Part shown: positions 14,430 to 27,343 of the stretch, piece by piece
Layout of the letters: each line of letters begins with the position of its first letter
Numbering within the stretch: the stretch's first letter is position 1
From: Convolutriloba macropyga
Taxonomy: Eukaryota
Length of the DNA stretch: 64,000 bases
Assembly: GCF_964194025.1 (NCBI RefSeq)
Contig: NC_134472.1
Coordinates: 12,524,001-12,588,000, forward strand
Reading direction: 5' to 3'
Position numbers and translations under genes: made by a program
Notes under the pieces: model-generated
What the model saw: only the letters and a program-made list of their open reading frames with translations
Database searches by the model: none
Told to the model about the DNA's origin: nothing

Positions 14430-14757
14430 TTACATTCGTCTGAATGTGTAACAAAGACTCTCATAATCAAAATCATAAGCATTATCCTAATCGTATTCTT
14501 AGTTATAAAGATAATCTTAAATCTAATCATACTCAAATCAACATGGTCTCTACAATCAGGCCTTATTATGTGTACACGTTTTTTGATAAGGAATTTAATG
14601 ATATACATGTTTCCATAATCAACAATCATGGTAATCCTAATCAACGTAGTCTTTGTTTTCCTGGAAATTTTAAGCAGAAAGTTAATTATGAGAATGCCTT
14701 TTCATGAATCAAGTAAGGTCTTTTCATAATAAATTAAGTTGGAGCAATGTTTTTCCA
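14430..14757 (-). pseudogene. Decayed third copy of the DY-rich family
   Basis: The minus strand reads MEKHCSNLIYYEK... then DYVD*DYHDC ... EYD*DNAYDFDYESLCY, with stops falling at Tyr-like positions. No TM segment is recognisable. Confidence 0.45.
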
Positions 14758-14759
14758 TT

Positions 14760-16590
14760 TTTCATAGATCGGACATGGTCTTTTCGTGAGTACAGGATAG
14801 CATTCTTGGGATTAACATTAGACAGAATTTATATATACTTCTTTCTGTGAATGCTTAAGCGCCTACCATCAACACAAAATTATCACATCAAAGAGTTGCA
14901 GGAGGCATAGCTGTCCACTTTGCCAAACAATTGGAATCTTGCTGAGAAAATCTTAAGAAAAATAGAATTTTAAAGCAAAATAAATTAGTAGTGGCGAGTA
15001 GGCTATTTTCCTCGCGTTGAACTCTTTAGTAGATTTAAAGTCTTCTAATGGGCTGTTTGAGTCGAGTGTAGTCTTTTCATACCACGTTTCAGCAGAGCAT
15101 GGTCTTTGCATAAGTATCGACATTATCGTGTTGCATAGAATTGTACGTTTCTTGGTCAGCGTCAATCCTTTATCTCTCTCCATACTATAACTATACTCTC
15201 GAACTATACTCCGAAGAAGCGAATTGAACTGCACCATCCCGAGTAGAACCATCAGGGTATCATCGCGCACCGGGTATTATACGTCTCAAATTTCGACCTT
15301 TGGAGCTTAAACTAGGTCCACTCAACTTTTGTTCTGTTTCCTTAGTCCACGAGACGCTTCGGGTTGGCCATTTAACGGTAGCTTATAAGCTGTAGTCATG
15401 CGATAAAAAATAGTTCTAATAATGAGACAAACAGAGAAAATTCGTCTCAAAATTTACGAAGATGCGCCAGAAAAACGCGAAAATTAGCCAAAAAATAGTC
15501 AAATATATGTCAGGAAAAAATCGAAAAAACAGGTCAGGAAAAGTTTTCAAAATAAATAAAGTACGCATGAAATAGGTCGGGAAAAAGTCAGAATTAGGTA
15601 AGGAAAATGTTCCAAAATAACTGAAATACGTCTAAGATAGGTCTAGAAACTTAACCAATAATTCTTCTGATAATCGCATCACTCAAACAGCCCAGTTGAA
15701 ACTTGAAAACGACGCTATTCTGGAGAAAATTTATGATTTTACTTAGAATTTAAATTTTCAAAAACATTGAAAAACACGGGAACCAAAATAAAAGAGCATC
15801 AGAGTTACAAATCTATGGTATCCAGAAAGCTTCTTCTTCTTCTTTCATTTTTTTGTACTGATTTCCATACAAATTTTCTTTACAACATTTCTATTTTCAG
15901 TTTGATTACTGTTCGTTCGTTTCCAGATTGTTACGGGATTGTTTCCAGGTGTCCTCAGCTTCGCGTGTTGTCAAGCCTAGAGAAAAAACTGAACAGAACA
16001 GCACAGATTAAAAACACACTGCGGCAGAGCACAGCGAGATCTAGCCTATGCAAACTTTTTGTAATAAATTTAAAACTACATCTACAACTCTTCTGGAAAA
16101 TTTAATGTCTTCAAAATAAACTAAAATTAGCTTTCAAACCATATATGTGACTCTTTTTTATCTATTGTGTTTTGAGCATTATATTTTGATAAATCGAATA
16201 TGGTCTTTTCCTAAGTAGAGGATTGCTTTTTTGGAATTATCAATACTTATTTCTTATATTTTTTCTGTGGATGCATAAGCACCTACTAACAACACTAAAT
16301 TCGTGTTGCAGCAGGCAAAACAGTCCACTTTGGAAAACAGTTGGGAGTTTGCTTGAAAAATCTTAAGAAAAGTTCAATTCTTAAAATAAATTAGCAGTCT
16401 CAAGTAGGCTTTTTTGCCTCGCGTTGAACTATTAAGTTGACCTAAGCTCTTTTCATGGGTTGTTTAAGTAGAGTATGGTCTCTTCATAAAACTTTCAGCA
16501 GATTATGGTCTTTTCAGAAGTATCGATATTATCGTATTGAATAGAATTGTACGTTTCCTGATCAGCGTCAATCCTTTATCTCTCTCCATG
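14760..16590. repeat. Local direct duplication (~14760-15185 vs ~16190-16590)
   Basis: Shared blocks such as GTCCACTTTG..AAACA, CCTCGCGTTGAACT and TCAGCGTCAATCCTTTATCTCTCTCCAT. Confidence 0.8.
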
Positions 16591-18049
16591 TTTCATAATT
16601 ACAAGCAATTTTACAAGGAATAGGACCCTGGACTTCCAGTAAGCACGCACCTGGTGTAAAATCAGAATGTCCCTCTATGTTTCAAAATTTGTTGATGGCA
16701 TTTGCTCCTTGACCGATTTCCGAACAAATTTTCTTCACAGCATTTTCATCTTCGTTTTGATGAGTGTTTATTTTGGTTCCAGATCGTTTGGGGTCGTTTC
16801 CGGCCGCCCTCACCCTAGGGGGTTGATTAATTTATAGACAAAACTGAACAGAACGGAACAGCATCCAAAACAGAACAATGCAGAACAGAACCTTGGATAC
16901 CCCACACTGCGTCACTGCGCCCACCATCTAGCCTATAAGCAAACGTTTTGCAATAAGCTTTAAAACCAGATCTATGGCCCTTCTGCGAAATCTAGCTTCT
17001 TCAAAATGAAATAAAATTAGGTTGCCATATATGTGACTCTTTATTTTAGGGTTGCGAAATAATGCCGACTGAGAATAGGAAAAGTTGCCACTTGTGGTTA
17101 CAATTTTTTGCAATTTTTCTGTGAAATTGGTACCCAACTAGTTCAGACCTGATAAATTAGTTATGCGACATATCGAAATTACTCATATCAAATTTTCAGA
17201 CCAATACATTGACTAAGCCAACAAACGATCATTTGGCATGTCCCTGTTTTTCGAGGTACAAAGTTCGAAATTTTTAACGTTTTCCAAAATACTGAATTAA
17301 TCGCAGCGATACCTAGCTCATTCAAATTCATTCGTAAAACAAGCTTTAAAACCATATAAATGACTTTTTTAAGTAATAGGTTGCAAAAAGAGGGCCAGCG
17401 CGCATAAGACTAGCTGACAAAATTCATGCTTAAAATACAATCTTTTATGTAAAAAACCTAATTATAGCCATTATTTATAACAAACAAATATATTCTACTT
17501 GAGGGCAGAAGCGGTTTTCTAATTAGAGGCTGGCTATTCAGGTAACGAATTTCGTGAAAAATCTTGTTCTTCGCTCAGCCTGCCTTGGGTTTGATTTTGG
17601 GCTCGATATGGAGGCGATAGAGGTTTCGGATTGGATCAGCCATTGTGCCATGAACAAACTGTCCCCTTAGGAACATAGCACCACCGCCGCTTCGTTTCAC
17701 ATTTTTCCGCGGCTGGAAATTGACATATTAACATAAAAATTTGTGAAGTTTGGGCAGAAAACGAGCGCAAACTGCTGGAAAATGTGACGACGAATGTGAC
17801 CTCTTGAGGTTGTTTAACAACAGTTTTTATCATTTGATATCAAATTTGAATGACGCCAGGAAAGTATCCGAAAGTTAACCTCAAAATCGTGCCACGTTAG
17901 TACATTTTTTGTAGTTTCAATTTTTCAACAGAACTTTTTGAAATGTTGAATTTGGTATTGGAATGAACTTGCAAGTTTTATTGGCTAAAAATTGTCCATC
18001 TTTATCACTTGCATGTAGACTTGCCAGTTGCTGAAAAACGGAAAATTCC

Positions 18050-19130
18050 AGACATTTGAGAATTTTATCGTGTAAGATCTTACAAATTTCTTATAAAATT
18101 GTCTTATAGGTTCTAATAAGGTTATGCGTCGCCTGACTAAGACTTTGTAAGACAATATATCAGGTCACACATATACACGCTAATAAAAATTTTATCAGGT
18201 CTGATAAGATCTTACACGATAAAAGTTCACAGTTATCAGATCTTACAAGATAAAAATTCGGTCTGACAAAAAGTGTTTATCGTGTAAGGTCTTAAAAGAA
18301 TCTTATCAGATCTTGTAAGATAAACATTCGGAAAGCTATGACTCATCTTTTTGATAAGAATTCTATCAGATCTTATACAATAACAATTCTTGAATTATGG
18401 CATATTATTCATATAGAAGACACTTCAGAGTTGCCTTCAAGCAGTAGCCAAAAAGCCACAGCATGCCGCACTTAAGTGTCATAGCAACAAAAATGTTTGG
18501 ATAAGGTTATTCGAGTGTCAAGGGCTTTCTCTGAAGCCGTGATTATCAAACTAGGCTGATAAATATTCTCCACAGACTAAAAACTATCTTGGACTGCTAA
18601 GTTTAGCCATAGAACCTAGTCAATACTCACAATGAAACTGCCGCCAAAACAAAATCAACAAATATTTTTTTGTTTAATAATTGGTCAGTTGACCGATTAT
18701 TTTTTTTACTTTCAGAAGAACTTGACTAAGTTATGCGGCTATATTGCAATCATTAAAACATGTTTTATCAGATCCTAAACGATAAAAATTCTGCCCCACG
18801 TGAACTTTTATCGTGTAAGATCTGATATGATACTTATCGGATCTTATAAGATTGCAATTCAGCAAAATTGATTTTTTTTTTATTTTATAAGATCTGATAA
18901 GTATCCTATCAGCTCCTACACAATTAATGTTCACGTAGGGCAGAATTTTTATCGTGTAAGACCAGCTAAGATCATACACGATAAAAATTTTTGATCAGCA
19001 TCTTATCAGATCTTACACGATAAAAACTCCAAAATCACTATGGAAACCTTGCTTTTACAATGGCTTGTTGATACTGGCGTTCAATTAAGTCCTGGTTCAA
19101 TTACGTCAATCACATTTGATAGGTTGGGGA
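18050..19130. repeat. Further copies of the ATCAGATCTTACACGATAAAA repeat element
   Basis: 18605-19130 is closely similar to 12900-13410; a motif array lies at 18060-18390. Confidence 0.75.
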
Positions 19131-19657
19131 TGATTCTTTATCTATACTTAGTTATTCGCACTCAATTTTTGGCCTCCTGCCAGCAATTATAGCATCAGTT
19201 CTGTTCGTCAGTGTTAAAACGTCTTCAGATCTTAGTGGATCCCTAAATTAAGCTTAATGTTAAATTTGCAATGATTTATTATGACTTTTCCAAATTTTGT
19301 AAAAATAATTCATTAGTTTTACAAATATTTGCAAAAAGGCCTGAATATTTTTGTCCCTAATTGTTAGTAGTTGGCGTTGTAGGGCAATTTCACCACACAT
19401 TTCGTTTACAAGCTGTAATTCAAACATTTTCAATTGAGTTAAGCAATCTCAGAGAAATTTTGCAAATTTGACCTTGCGAAGAGATCATTTGCATATTTCT
19501 ACAATTTTTGTTTTATCGAGCAAAATTTTGCAAATGTTTGCCAATTTAGCTTTTGTTTTGAACTAGGGATGTATTTTTTGTATTTTTCAGTCCACACAAG
19601 CAATCAGTATTTGCCTATCCTAACATTTAGCAACCAATAGTTATTGACAATTTTCCT

Positions 19658-22600
19658 CATTGATCCGACCCCCACTTTAGTGGGGAGGGAGGAACTATAA
19701 ACCCAACTGGGTTTTTTTTGTTTAGTCAATTTTGGCCGATCGATATATTCATCGCAGAGAATTGTGAGTGGTATCATTGAAAAGCCCGTCCAGAGTAGAA
19801 TACGGATGTAAAAAGAGTTTTTCCATTTTCGTTTTTAACAGGGAGTTATCGAGGTTTAACTTTTTGTGAACATTCGACTGTTTTTGTTCACATTTTCAGT
19901 AATTTTTGCTAAAATTTTGCACAATTTTGATAATATAATTCAAAATAAGTTAAAATTTTTAACGGCAGAGTGTTGTTGTTACCATAAGAAAAAGAAGAGC
20001 CTGGCTGAATTGTTTGATTGAAGTTTTCTTTTGGCTTATTTTTTTATTGATAAAATTTTCAAAATTCAAGCTTTTTTCATCAAAAATGGCACAAAAAATG
20101 CAATTTTGGTCCACTTTATTAAAGTTTGCCAGACTTAGCGACCTAGAAACCTTAAAAAAGACTCCCTCATTTAAAAAATAGCGCTAGTTAAAATTAGCTA
20201 CCGCATGAAATTTTCTGGAATTAAAACTTTGCCGTTTTTTGCAGTACTATCTCGTAAATATACAAAATGCATCGTTCTTTTTTTATATTTGAAGAATTCC
20301 ACGCAACAATTGGTCTAATTCAGAAAAATTTAGCATACTTGGTCAGCTTGCTGGGCGTGCGACAAAATCAGGGAGAGGTTCGACAATATCATGGATTCTC
20401 AGAATCAGAGACTTTTTGGTTTTTGTTTTGAAGCTGCCTTCTTTTCAAATACTTTGCTTTTGTTTTTTTAATGTTTATTAATGACGAAATTTTTTATTCA
20501 GGCTCCGTTAATGACAACTCCAATTTACGTAAACTTGAGGCCAAATGTAGATACAGTTTGTTTTCAGGTAACCAAAGAGTTTTTATGGCTTTGAGGAAGA
20601 GTTTTAAAAAAAATTATCTGAATTCTAGTCTTTTTTTCTTTCCTTCATTTTTTATTCTTTTGGCAGTCTGATTTTTAAGTTTAACCACTCAGAGTTCTAA
20701 ACGTTTTCCTCTAGAGGTGCAAGTTAACTTTTTCTATTAATTCGGTTGTTACCTAATGTCTCTTATCTTATTGAAAGTATTTGGTTTAAGGAAATTTCTG
20801 TGATTTATTGAACTTGTAAATTTTTTATGTTTTTTTAGTCAACATTTTGCTAATTCGAAGTAAAAGCAAGTCAATCTTTCCTCCGTATAGAATACAAACT
20901 AATTTTTTGGCCGATTAATTTAATAGAAAGTTTTATTGCTTTTGATACTACGAGTTTTCATAAAAAAATTTCTGATTTTTGTGCATAACTTCCCATTTTT
21001 GCTGTTGTTTTTGTTTCTTTTGTTTTTTGTGACATTATTCATTCATCTAACTTAGAAAAACTTTCCATATTTTGAAACTGATTATGTTTTTTGTTTTCAT
21101 AACATGTGGTTTGAAGCGCTGGGACACCGTTTTCTTGCAGAAATTGGTAGAGTTTTTTATTTTTGCTATTAATTTGTTGTTAATTTTTGTTGTCATATGC
21201 CAAAAATTGTGTAATTAAAATTCTCAGTGGCCAACTATAGATAAAAAATGAATTTAATAACTGATATCGGTATACAGCTGATGGTTATTTTGAATTTCGA
21301 ATTAAATTTCTAAAAAAAAAGAGAAATAGTATTTTTTAACTCATCCCTTCTTGTTCTGGTTTTTGTTAAAGTTTGCCAGACTTAGTGACCTAGAAACCGT
21401 GAAACAGACGCCCTAATATTAAAAAGAGCGCTATTTGCAATTGGACGCCGTATGAAAGTTTTCTTCCGGAAATAAAACTTTGCCGTTTTTTGAAGATTTA
21501 ACTCGATAATTATACGAAATGATTCGTTCTTTTTATTAATATTTGAAGAATTCCACGCAACAATTGGTCAAATTCGCAATCCCTTGGAACACTTGTTCGG
21601 TTTGTTCTGGGAGAGGTTCGACAATATCATGGATTCTTAGAATCAGAGACTTTTTGGTTTTTGTTTTGGTGCTGCCTTTTTTTTTTAAAAAAATACTTTG
21701 CTTTTGTCTTTTTAATGTTAATTAAAGACAAAATTTTTTATTCAGGCTCCGTTAATGACAACTCCAATTTACGTAAATTTGAGTTCAGATGTAGATAAAG
21801 TTTGTTTTCAGATAACCAAAGAGATTTTATGGCTTTGAGGAAGAGTTTTAGTAAAATTTATCTGAATTCTTGTCTTTTGCCTTCAATTTTTATTCTTTTG
21901 GCAGTCTGATTTTTAAGTTTAACCACTCAGAATATTAAACATTTTCCTCAAGAGGTGCATGTTATTTTTTTCTATTCATTCGGTTATTACCTAATGTCTC
22001 TTGTCTCATTGAAAGTATTTGCTTTAAGGAAATTCCAGTGGTTTTTTGAACTTGTAAATTTTTTATATTTTTTAGTCAACATTTTGCTTGTTCTCAGTAA
22101 AAACAGGTCAACCTTTCCTCCCTATAAAATGCAAACTAATTCTGTGGCCGATTAATTTAACAGAAGGTTTTATTGCTTTTGATACTACGAGTTTTCACAA
22201 AAAATTTTCTGATTTTTTTGCATAACTTATCATTTTTGCTGTTGTTTTTGTTTCTTTTGTATTTTGTGACATTATTTAACCATCTGACTTCAAAAAACTT
22301 TCCATTTTTTGAAACAGATTATGTTTTTTGTTTTCATAACATGTGGTTTGAAGCGCTGGGACACCGTTTTCTTGCAGAAATGGGTAGAGTTATTTATTTT
22401 TGCTGTTTATTTGTTGTTAATTTTTGTTGTCATATGCCAAAAATTGAATAATTAATAGTCTCAGTAGCCAACTATAGATTAAAAAAGTGAACTTAATAAC
22501 TGATATCGGTATATAGCTGATGGTTGTTTTGAATTTCGATTTAAACTTCTAAAAGGAAAAGAGCAATAGTATTCTTTAACTCATCCCTTTTTGTTCTGAT

Positions 22601-25302
22601 TTTTGTTAAATCTTGCCAGACTTAGTGACCTAGAAACCTTGAAACAGACGCTCTAATATTAAAAAGAGCACTAGTTGCAATGAGGCGCCGTACGAAAGTT
22701 TTCTTCCGGAAATAAAACTTTGCCGTTTTTTGCAGATTTAACTCGATAATTATACGAAATGATTCGTTCTTTTTATTAATATCTGAAGAATTCCAAGCAA
22801 CAATTGGTCAAATTCGCAAACACTTGGAACACTTGGTTGGTTTGCTCAGGGAGAGGTTCGACAATATCATGGATTTTTGAGAATCAGAGACTTTTTGGTT
22901 TTTGTTTTGGTGCTGCCTTTTTTTTAAAAAAAAATACTTTGCTTTTGTTTTTTTAATGTTAATTAAAGACAAAATTTTTTATTCAGGCTCCGTTAATGAC
23001 AACTCCAATTTACGTAAATTTGAGTTCAGATGTAGATACAGTTTGTTTTCAGATAACCAAAGAGATTTTATGGCTTTGAGGAAGAGTCTTTTATGGCTTT
23101 TGATTTATCTGAATTCTTGTCTTTTGCCTTCAATTGTTATTATTATGGCAATCTGATTTTTGAGTTTAACCACTCAAAGTTCAAAACTTCTTCCTCAATA
23201 GGTGCAGCTGAACCTTTTGTATTCATTGAGTTATAACCTAATGTCTCTTATGTTATTGAATGTATTTGTTATAAGGAAATTTCTTTGATTTTATGAACTT
23301 GTGAACTTTTTATATTATTTTGGTCAACTTTTTGCTTATTCACCGTAAAAACAGGTCAACCTTTCCTCCGTATAGAACACAAACTAGTTTTGTGGCCAAT
23401 TGTTTTAATAGAAGGTTTTCAAGCTTTTAATACTACGAGTTTTCATACAAGTTTTTCTGATTTTTTTTGCATAATTTCTAATTTTTGCTGTTGTTTTTGT
23501 TTTTTTTTTGTAATTTGTAACACTATTTAACAATCTAAGTGAAGGAATCTCTGCAACCTTTAAAACTTATCTTATTTTTTGCTTTCATAACATGCGGTTT
23601 GAATGGCTGGGACACCGATCTCTTGCGGAAATTGGTAGAGTTTTTTGATTTTGCTATTAATTTGTTGTTAATTTTTGTTGTCATATGCCAAAAATTGTGT
23701 AATTAAAAGTTGCAGTGACCAATTATAGATAAACACATGAGCTTAATAGCTGATATCTCTAAACAGCTAATGGTTGTTTTGACTTTCCCAATGAATTTCA
23801 AAAAAGTTTCTATAAGTTTTTTAGTATTTTACTATAATGTATCATTTTCGTAATTTAGCCTCATTTTTTCGAGCTCATTCTAAAAATTTGTTGAATAATA
23901 TTTTGTCTGTTGTTTAAACTTTTTAAATGATGTCTTCAAGATGTCTTAAATCATGTCTTCTTAGACAATTTGTTCCAGAAGAAGTTTGTGAAGTTTGGAT
24001 ACTTTTCAGTTTTTGTTGTTTTTTGGTGTCATTTTGAGATAGTCGTTTTACAAAAAGACGTTATGATGTTCAAAAGAGACGAAAATGAAGATGTTATATT
24101 CTCGCGGTTAATATCTTATAAACTTAATGGCTTCAAAACTGTGGTTTCGAATGTTTGTTTGTGAAACTTATTAGTTAAGCCTGTATTTAATGTTATTTTA
24201 TTTTCGTATGGTTTAGCCTCATCAATAACAGTCGCAATTAGTTTTCAAGAGTAGTTGCAAAACAAACTGTCTACTGTTTTAGTCAAAAAAATTTGTTGGC
24301 TACGAATTTTGGAAATGTTTGTTATTAATAAAAAAAAGAGATAGATTTTTGATATCTTCCAATTTTATTTGTGTTAAATTGTAGCTAAGCGTCTCTTTAT
24401 ACAATTCACATCATTTATCTATCAAAACACAATTTGCTCTTCAGAACGTTTTTAGTTTTCTCAAATTGTTATTTTTTCTTCGAACAACCTGTTTTCATAA
24501 AACCAATTTTCGTGATTTTTGCATTTTTGCCCTTTTTTGTAGGTTTCTGTTTTCTTTTCTCAGTATCACAATAATGGACCTCATTTGATTTACAAATGTT
24601 GTTACCTTCAAGCAATCCAAACGAAGATTTTCATTATTTTTAGTTATCACATTAATATTTAATTGATTGGGGGGACATCGTTTTCGTGCGTAATTTTTCG
24701 TGCAAAAATTTAGTTTTTGCCTGTATTTGTCGTTCTTTTTGTAGTCGTATGACATATCCTGGATAATGAAAGGCCTCAGTCGCTCTCTATTGAGGTACAA
24801 AAGACTCTCTCAATTATTTCATTTGATGCGTAATGTTTCTAATCAGTTCGAATTTAATTCTCTTCTTAAAAAAAGCAATGTTTTGATAAATTTCTCCTTT
24901 TTGCCCGTTTCTAGTCGATTTGCTGCCAAGCCGCATTAAGGAAAAGTCCCATACTTTGTTCCAAAAAAGTGCCGGCCAATCTTCTTAGTATAAATTTTAT
25001 CCGATGCCATTTTGATTTGGATATTAGTGTTTTCAAAAAGTGGACAAGGAGTTTTGGTCGTATTTAATATTTGTAATTAATTGATTTTTATTGCCGTTTT
25101 TTCTGGTAGTCATATTATGGTAGCCACAGGTCTCATAGGCCCTCTAGAGTAGATTGTTTTATTCTTTTAGTAAATTGTTAAACGATATGTTGATATGTTA
25201 ATTTTTTTATCTCTTCCTCATTTGGTAGACAATTAAGTGAAAAATGTAGATGGGCGGGGTCGGAACTTAATATGCGAACGCACATTACCGAGCCTCCTTG
25301 TT
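19658..25302 (-). mobile_element. Helentron/DINE-1-like element (~5.6 kb) with internal tandem array
   Basis: Minus-strand 5' end AACAAGGAGGCTCGGTAATGTGCG...TCCGACCCC; 3' end CCCCAC-TAAA-GTGGGG hairpin followed by GGGGTCGGA, the inverted copy of TCCGACCCC. Confidence 0.65.
20115..23800. repeat. Three tandem copies of a ~1.24-kb unit
   Basis: TTGCCAGACTTAG(C/T)GACCTAGAAACC recurs at ~20125, ~21372 and ~22613, with colinear downstream sequence. Confidence 0.92.
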
Positions 25303-25955
25303 AAAGCTTTCGACTTTTACGAAATGAAGACTTCCTTTAATAAACTTTTCATCATTCAAATTTTTTCAGCAACATCGTTTTCCTCGGAATAAAAAAATTA
25401 CCCAAGGTAACATTTAAGATAGTTTTTATGGCAACAAGCTGTGATAAAATTTTGTTGTGAGTTAATTTTGTTGTAAGTAAAACACGAAAGAAGCAAGTTG
25501 AACTTTTCAACAAATAGAACAGTTCTCAGGCTGAGATCCCAAACCGAAAACTTGCATGTCCAAACATCCCAAAAGGCTTATGTCATCACATTCGCGCTTT
25601 CTAGACACCGTGCATTCTTCATTCGTTCAAACTTGCCATTATCCAGACTTTCGTCCGTTAAAAAGATTTCTATGCCTAGCCTCTTGGATGTTGCAAGTAG
25701 CCTATGTTCAGATATTCGGGCGTTCATTCAGGCTTCCAGACTGTGTAATTTTGAACGCATAACCAAATCCCCCCCCCCCCCCCCCAACACTTCCCCCTCC
25801 CTCTTCTGTATTCATTTTCTCTGGACGTATCAACTTTTTCAGTGGGGCCCCAGCCTGTGTTTCTCGAACAAATTTGTGACTGTAAAGGAAAAATTAATTG
25901 ATCAGATTAGGATTAGTTTGTAGAATTGCTAAGAGTTCTGATTGTCTTAATGAAG

Positions 25956-26468
25956 TCACCCATAATAGTAAATACGATAAACGTAATAGTAATCGTCATC
26001 GTAATCGTCATCGAAACAGAAATCATAATCCCAGACGAAATAGTCATCGTGATAGTAGTAGTAATCCCAGAGATAGTCGTAATATTTCCGCAGAACGTAA
26101 TCACAGCCAGGGAAGTCGAAGTTCCTGTCGTAGTCATATTCAGTGAGATAATAATCTGGAAACTCATCAACATAAACGCCGCCCTCAACATCAGGTACAG
26201 GATCGACGTCTTTTGGACGATTCTTCCCATTCAAAAATGGACTCAAAATTGCAACCATTCCTACAACAACAATCAAACAACAGGTTGCAAATATTCCCAG
26301 GAGAAGCTTTGAAACTGGAAACTGCTTGATATTCCTTTTTTCTTCATTGGAAATTGCTGACTGGTTTGTGGGAGCGACAGCAGCGACTATCGATGTTTCT
26401 TGATCATTTTCTGACGCATTAATTGATTTTTTTGGAGAAGATTTATCATTACAGCCTGTCTTGCCCAT
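25956..26468 (-). CDS. Small single-TM protein with Asp/Tyr-rich C-terminus (DY family copy 2), ~170 aa
   Basis: First ATG at 26468 (MGKTGC...); TM LLLGIFATCCLIVVVGMVAIL; tail DYYYYHDDYFVWDYDFCFDDDYDDDYYY; paralogous to 2719-3213. Confidence 0.65.
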   Translation of the reverse strand: MGKTGCNDKSSPKKSINASENDQETSIVAAVAPTNQSAISNEEKRNIKQFPVSKLLLGIFATCCLIVVVGMVAILSPFLNGKNRPKDVDPVPDVEGGVYVDEFPDYYLTEYDYDRNFDFPGCDYVLRKYYDYLWDYYYYHDDYFVWDYDFCFDDDYDDDYYYVYRIYYYG

Positions 26469-27343
26469 GTTATTATCTCCAATTACCTTAGTGCCTGTTT
26501 TTAGAAAAAAGTTTCGTGGAAAAGCTGTTTTGTTGCATGTTGAGCTTTGCCTAGACAAAATTGCAAATGTATGTCAATATTCGCCGGGAAAATGATAAAA
26601 AGTAAAGCGCCGACAAAAGTAAGCAAAGTTACTTTGGCGACATCAACTTAAGCCACCCTTTGACGACAGATTCGTAATTTGCAGACAAAAAGAATTCTGA
26701 TGCGGGCTTTTATCAGATTATCTCTAAAAGTACGCAATTTTTATTCTATATCTTAGAATCATTGCTTGGATATGAACTTCAACAACATCTTGTCAATTCA
26801 AATGGGCCACTAAAGATTTGTGTATGGTACATAAATTCAAGTCAAAGACAGACAAATGTACTTTTGTTTTTTGATAATTATTTATAAAAGATTTTGTGAT
26901 CAGTTTTTGTTGGTTACCAGCATTTCTGCTATCGACCACCCTATTTTTTGCTGTATCCTTTTATTTCCCAGCAAAGAAAACCAAAAAAAAAGAAATTTTG
27001 CTGTCTCTATTTAAATATCAATTGATCAATTAATACTGCTTTTTTGAAAAAGATTCTTTAAGTGGATTTTTCTCAATTACAGTGCGCGTGAGTGCATTTA
27101 TTTTGTTGGTTACCGTTTTTCCAAAATTCATTGAAATATGATAACGCTCACTTGCTATATAGTACATAAAATTTTTCCTCCAAAACTTGGTTCAATGCTT
27201 TTGATACGTCAGAACTGAAACACATTTTTCCGTAATTTAAATCCCAATTAATGTATAATTGCATCCCATTCCTAGCCATTACGCCTGTAGTTAACCAGAT
27301 CCCAGTATTGTTTGTTTTGCTCCATGAATCCAAGCAATTGTAT

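Noticed and set aside
20471-23156. Phe/Leu-rich 'membrane protein' ORFs in the 1.24-kb repeats
   Set aside because: They reflect T-rich strand bias, and the reading frames are not preserved between repeat copies.
25898-26312. Ile/Val-, His/Asn- and Thr/Met-rich ORFs overlapping the DY genes (also 2529-2903 and 14402-14707)
   Set aside because: These are alternative-frame or antisense shadows of GAT/TAT-rich codons. Only the DY frame has a paralog-conserved N-terminus and TM.
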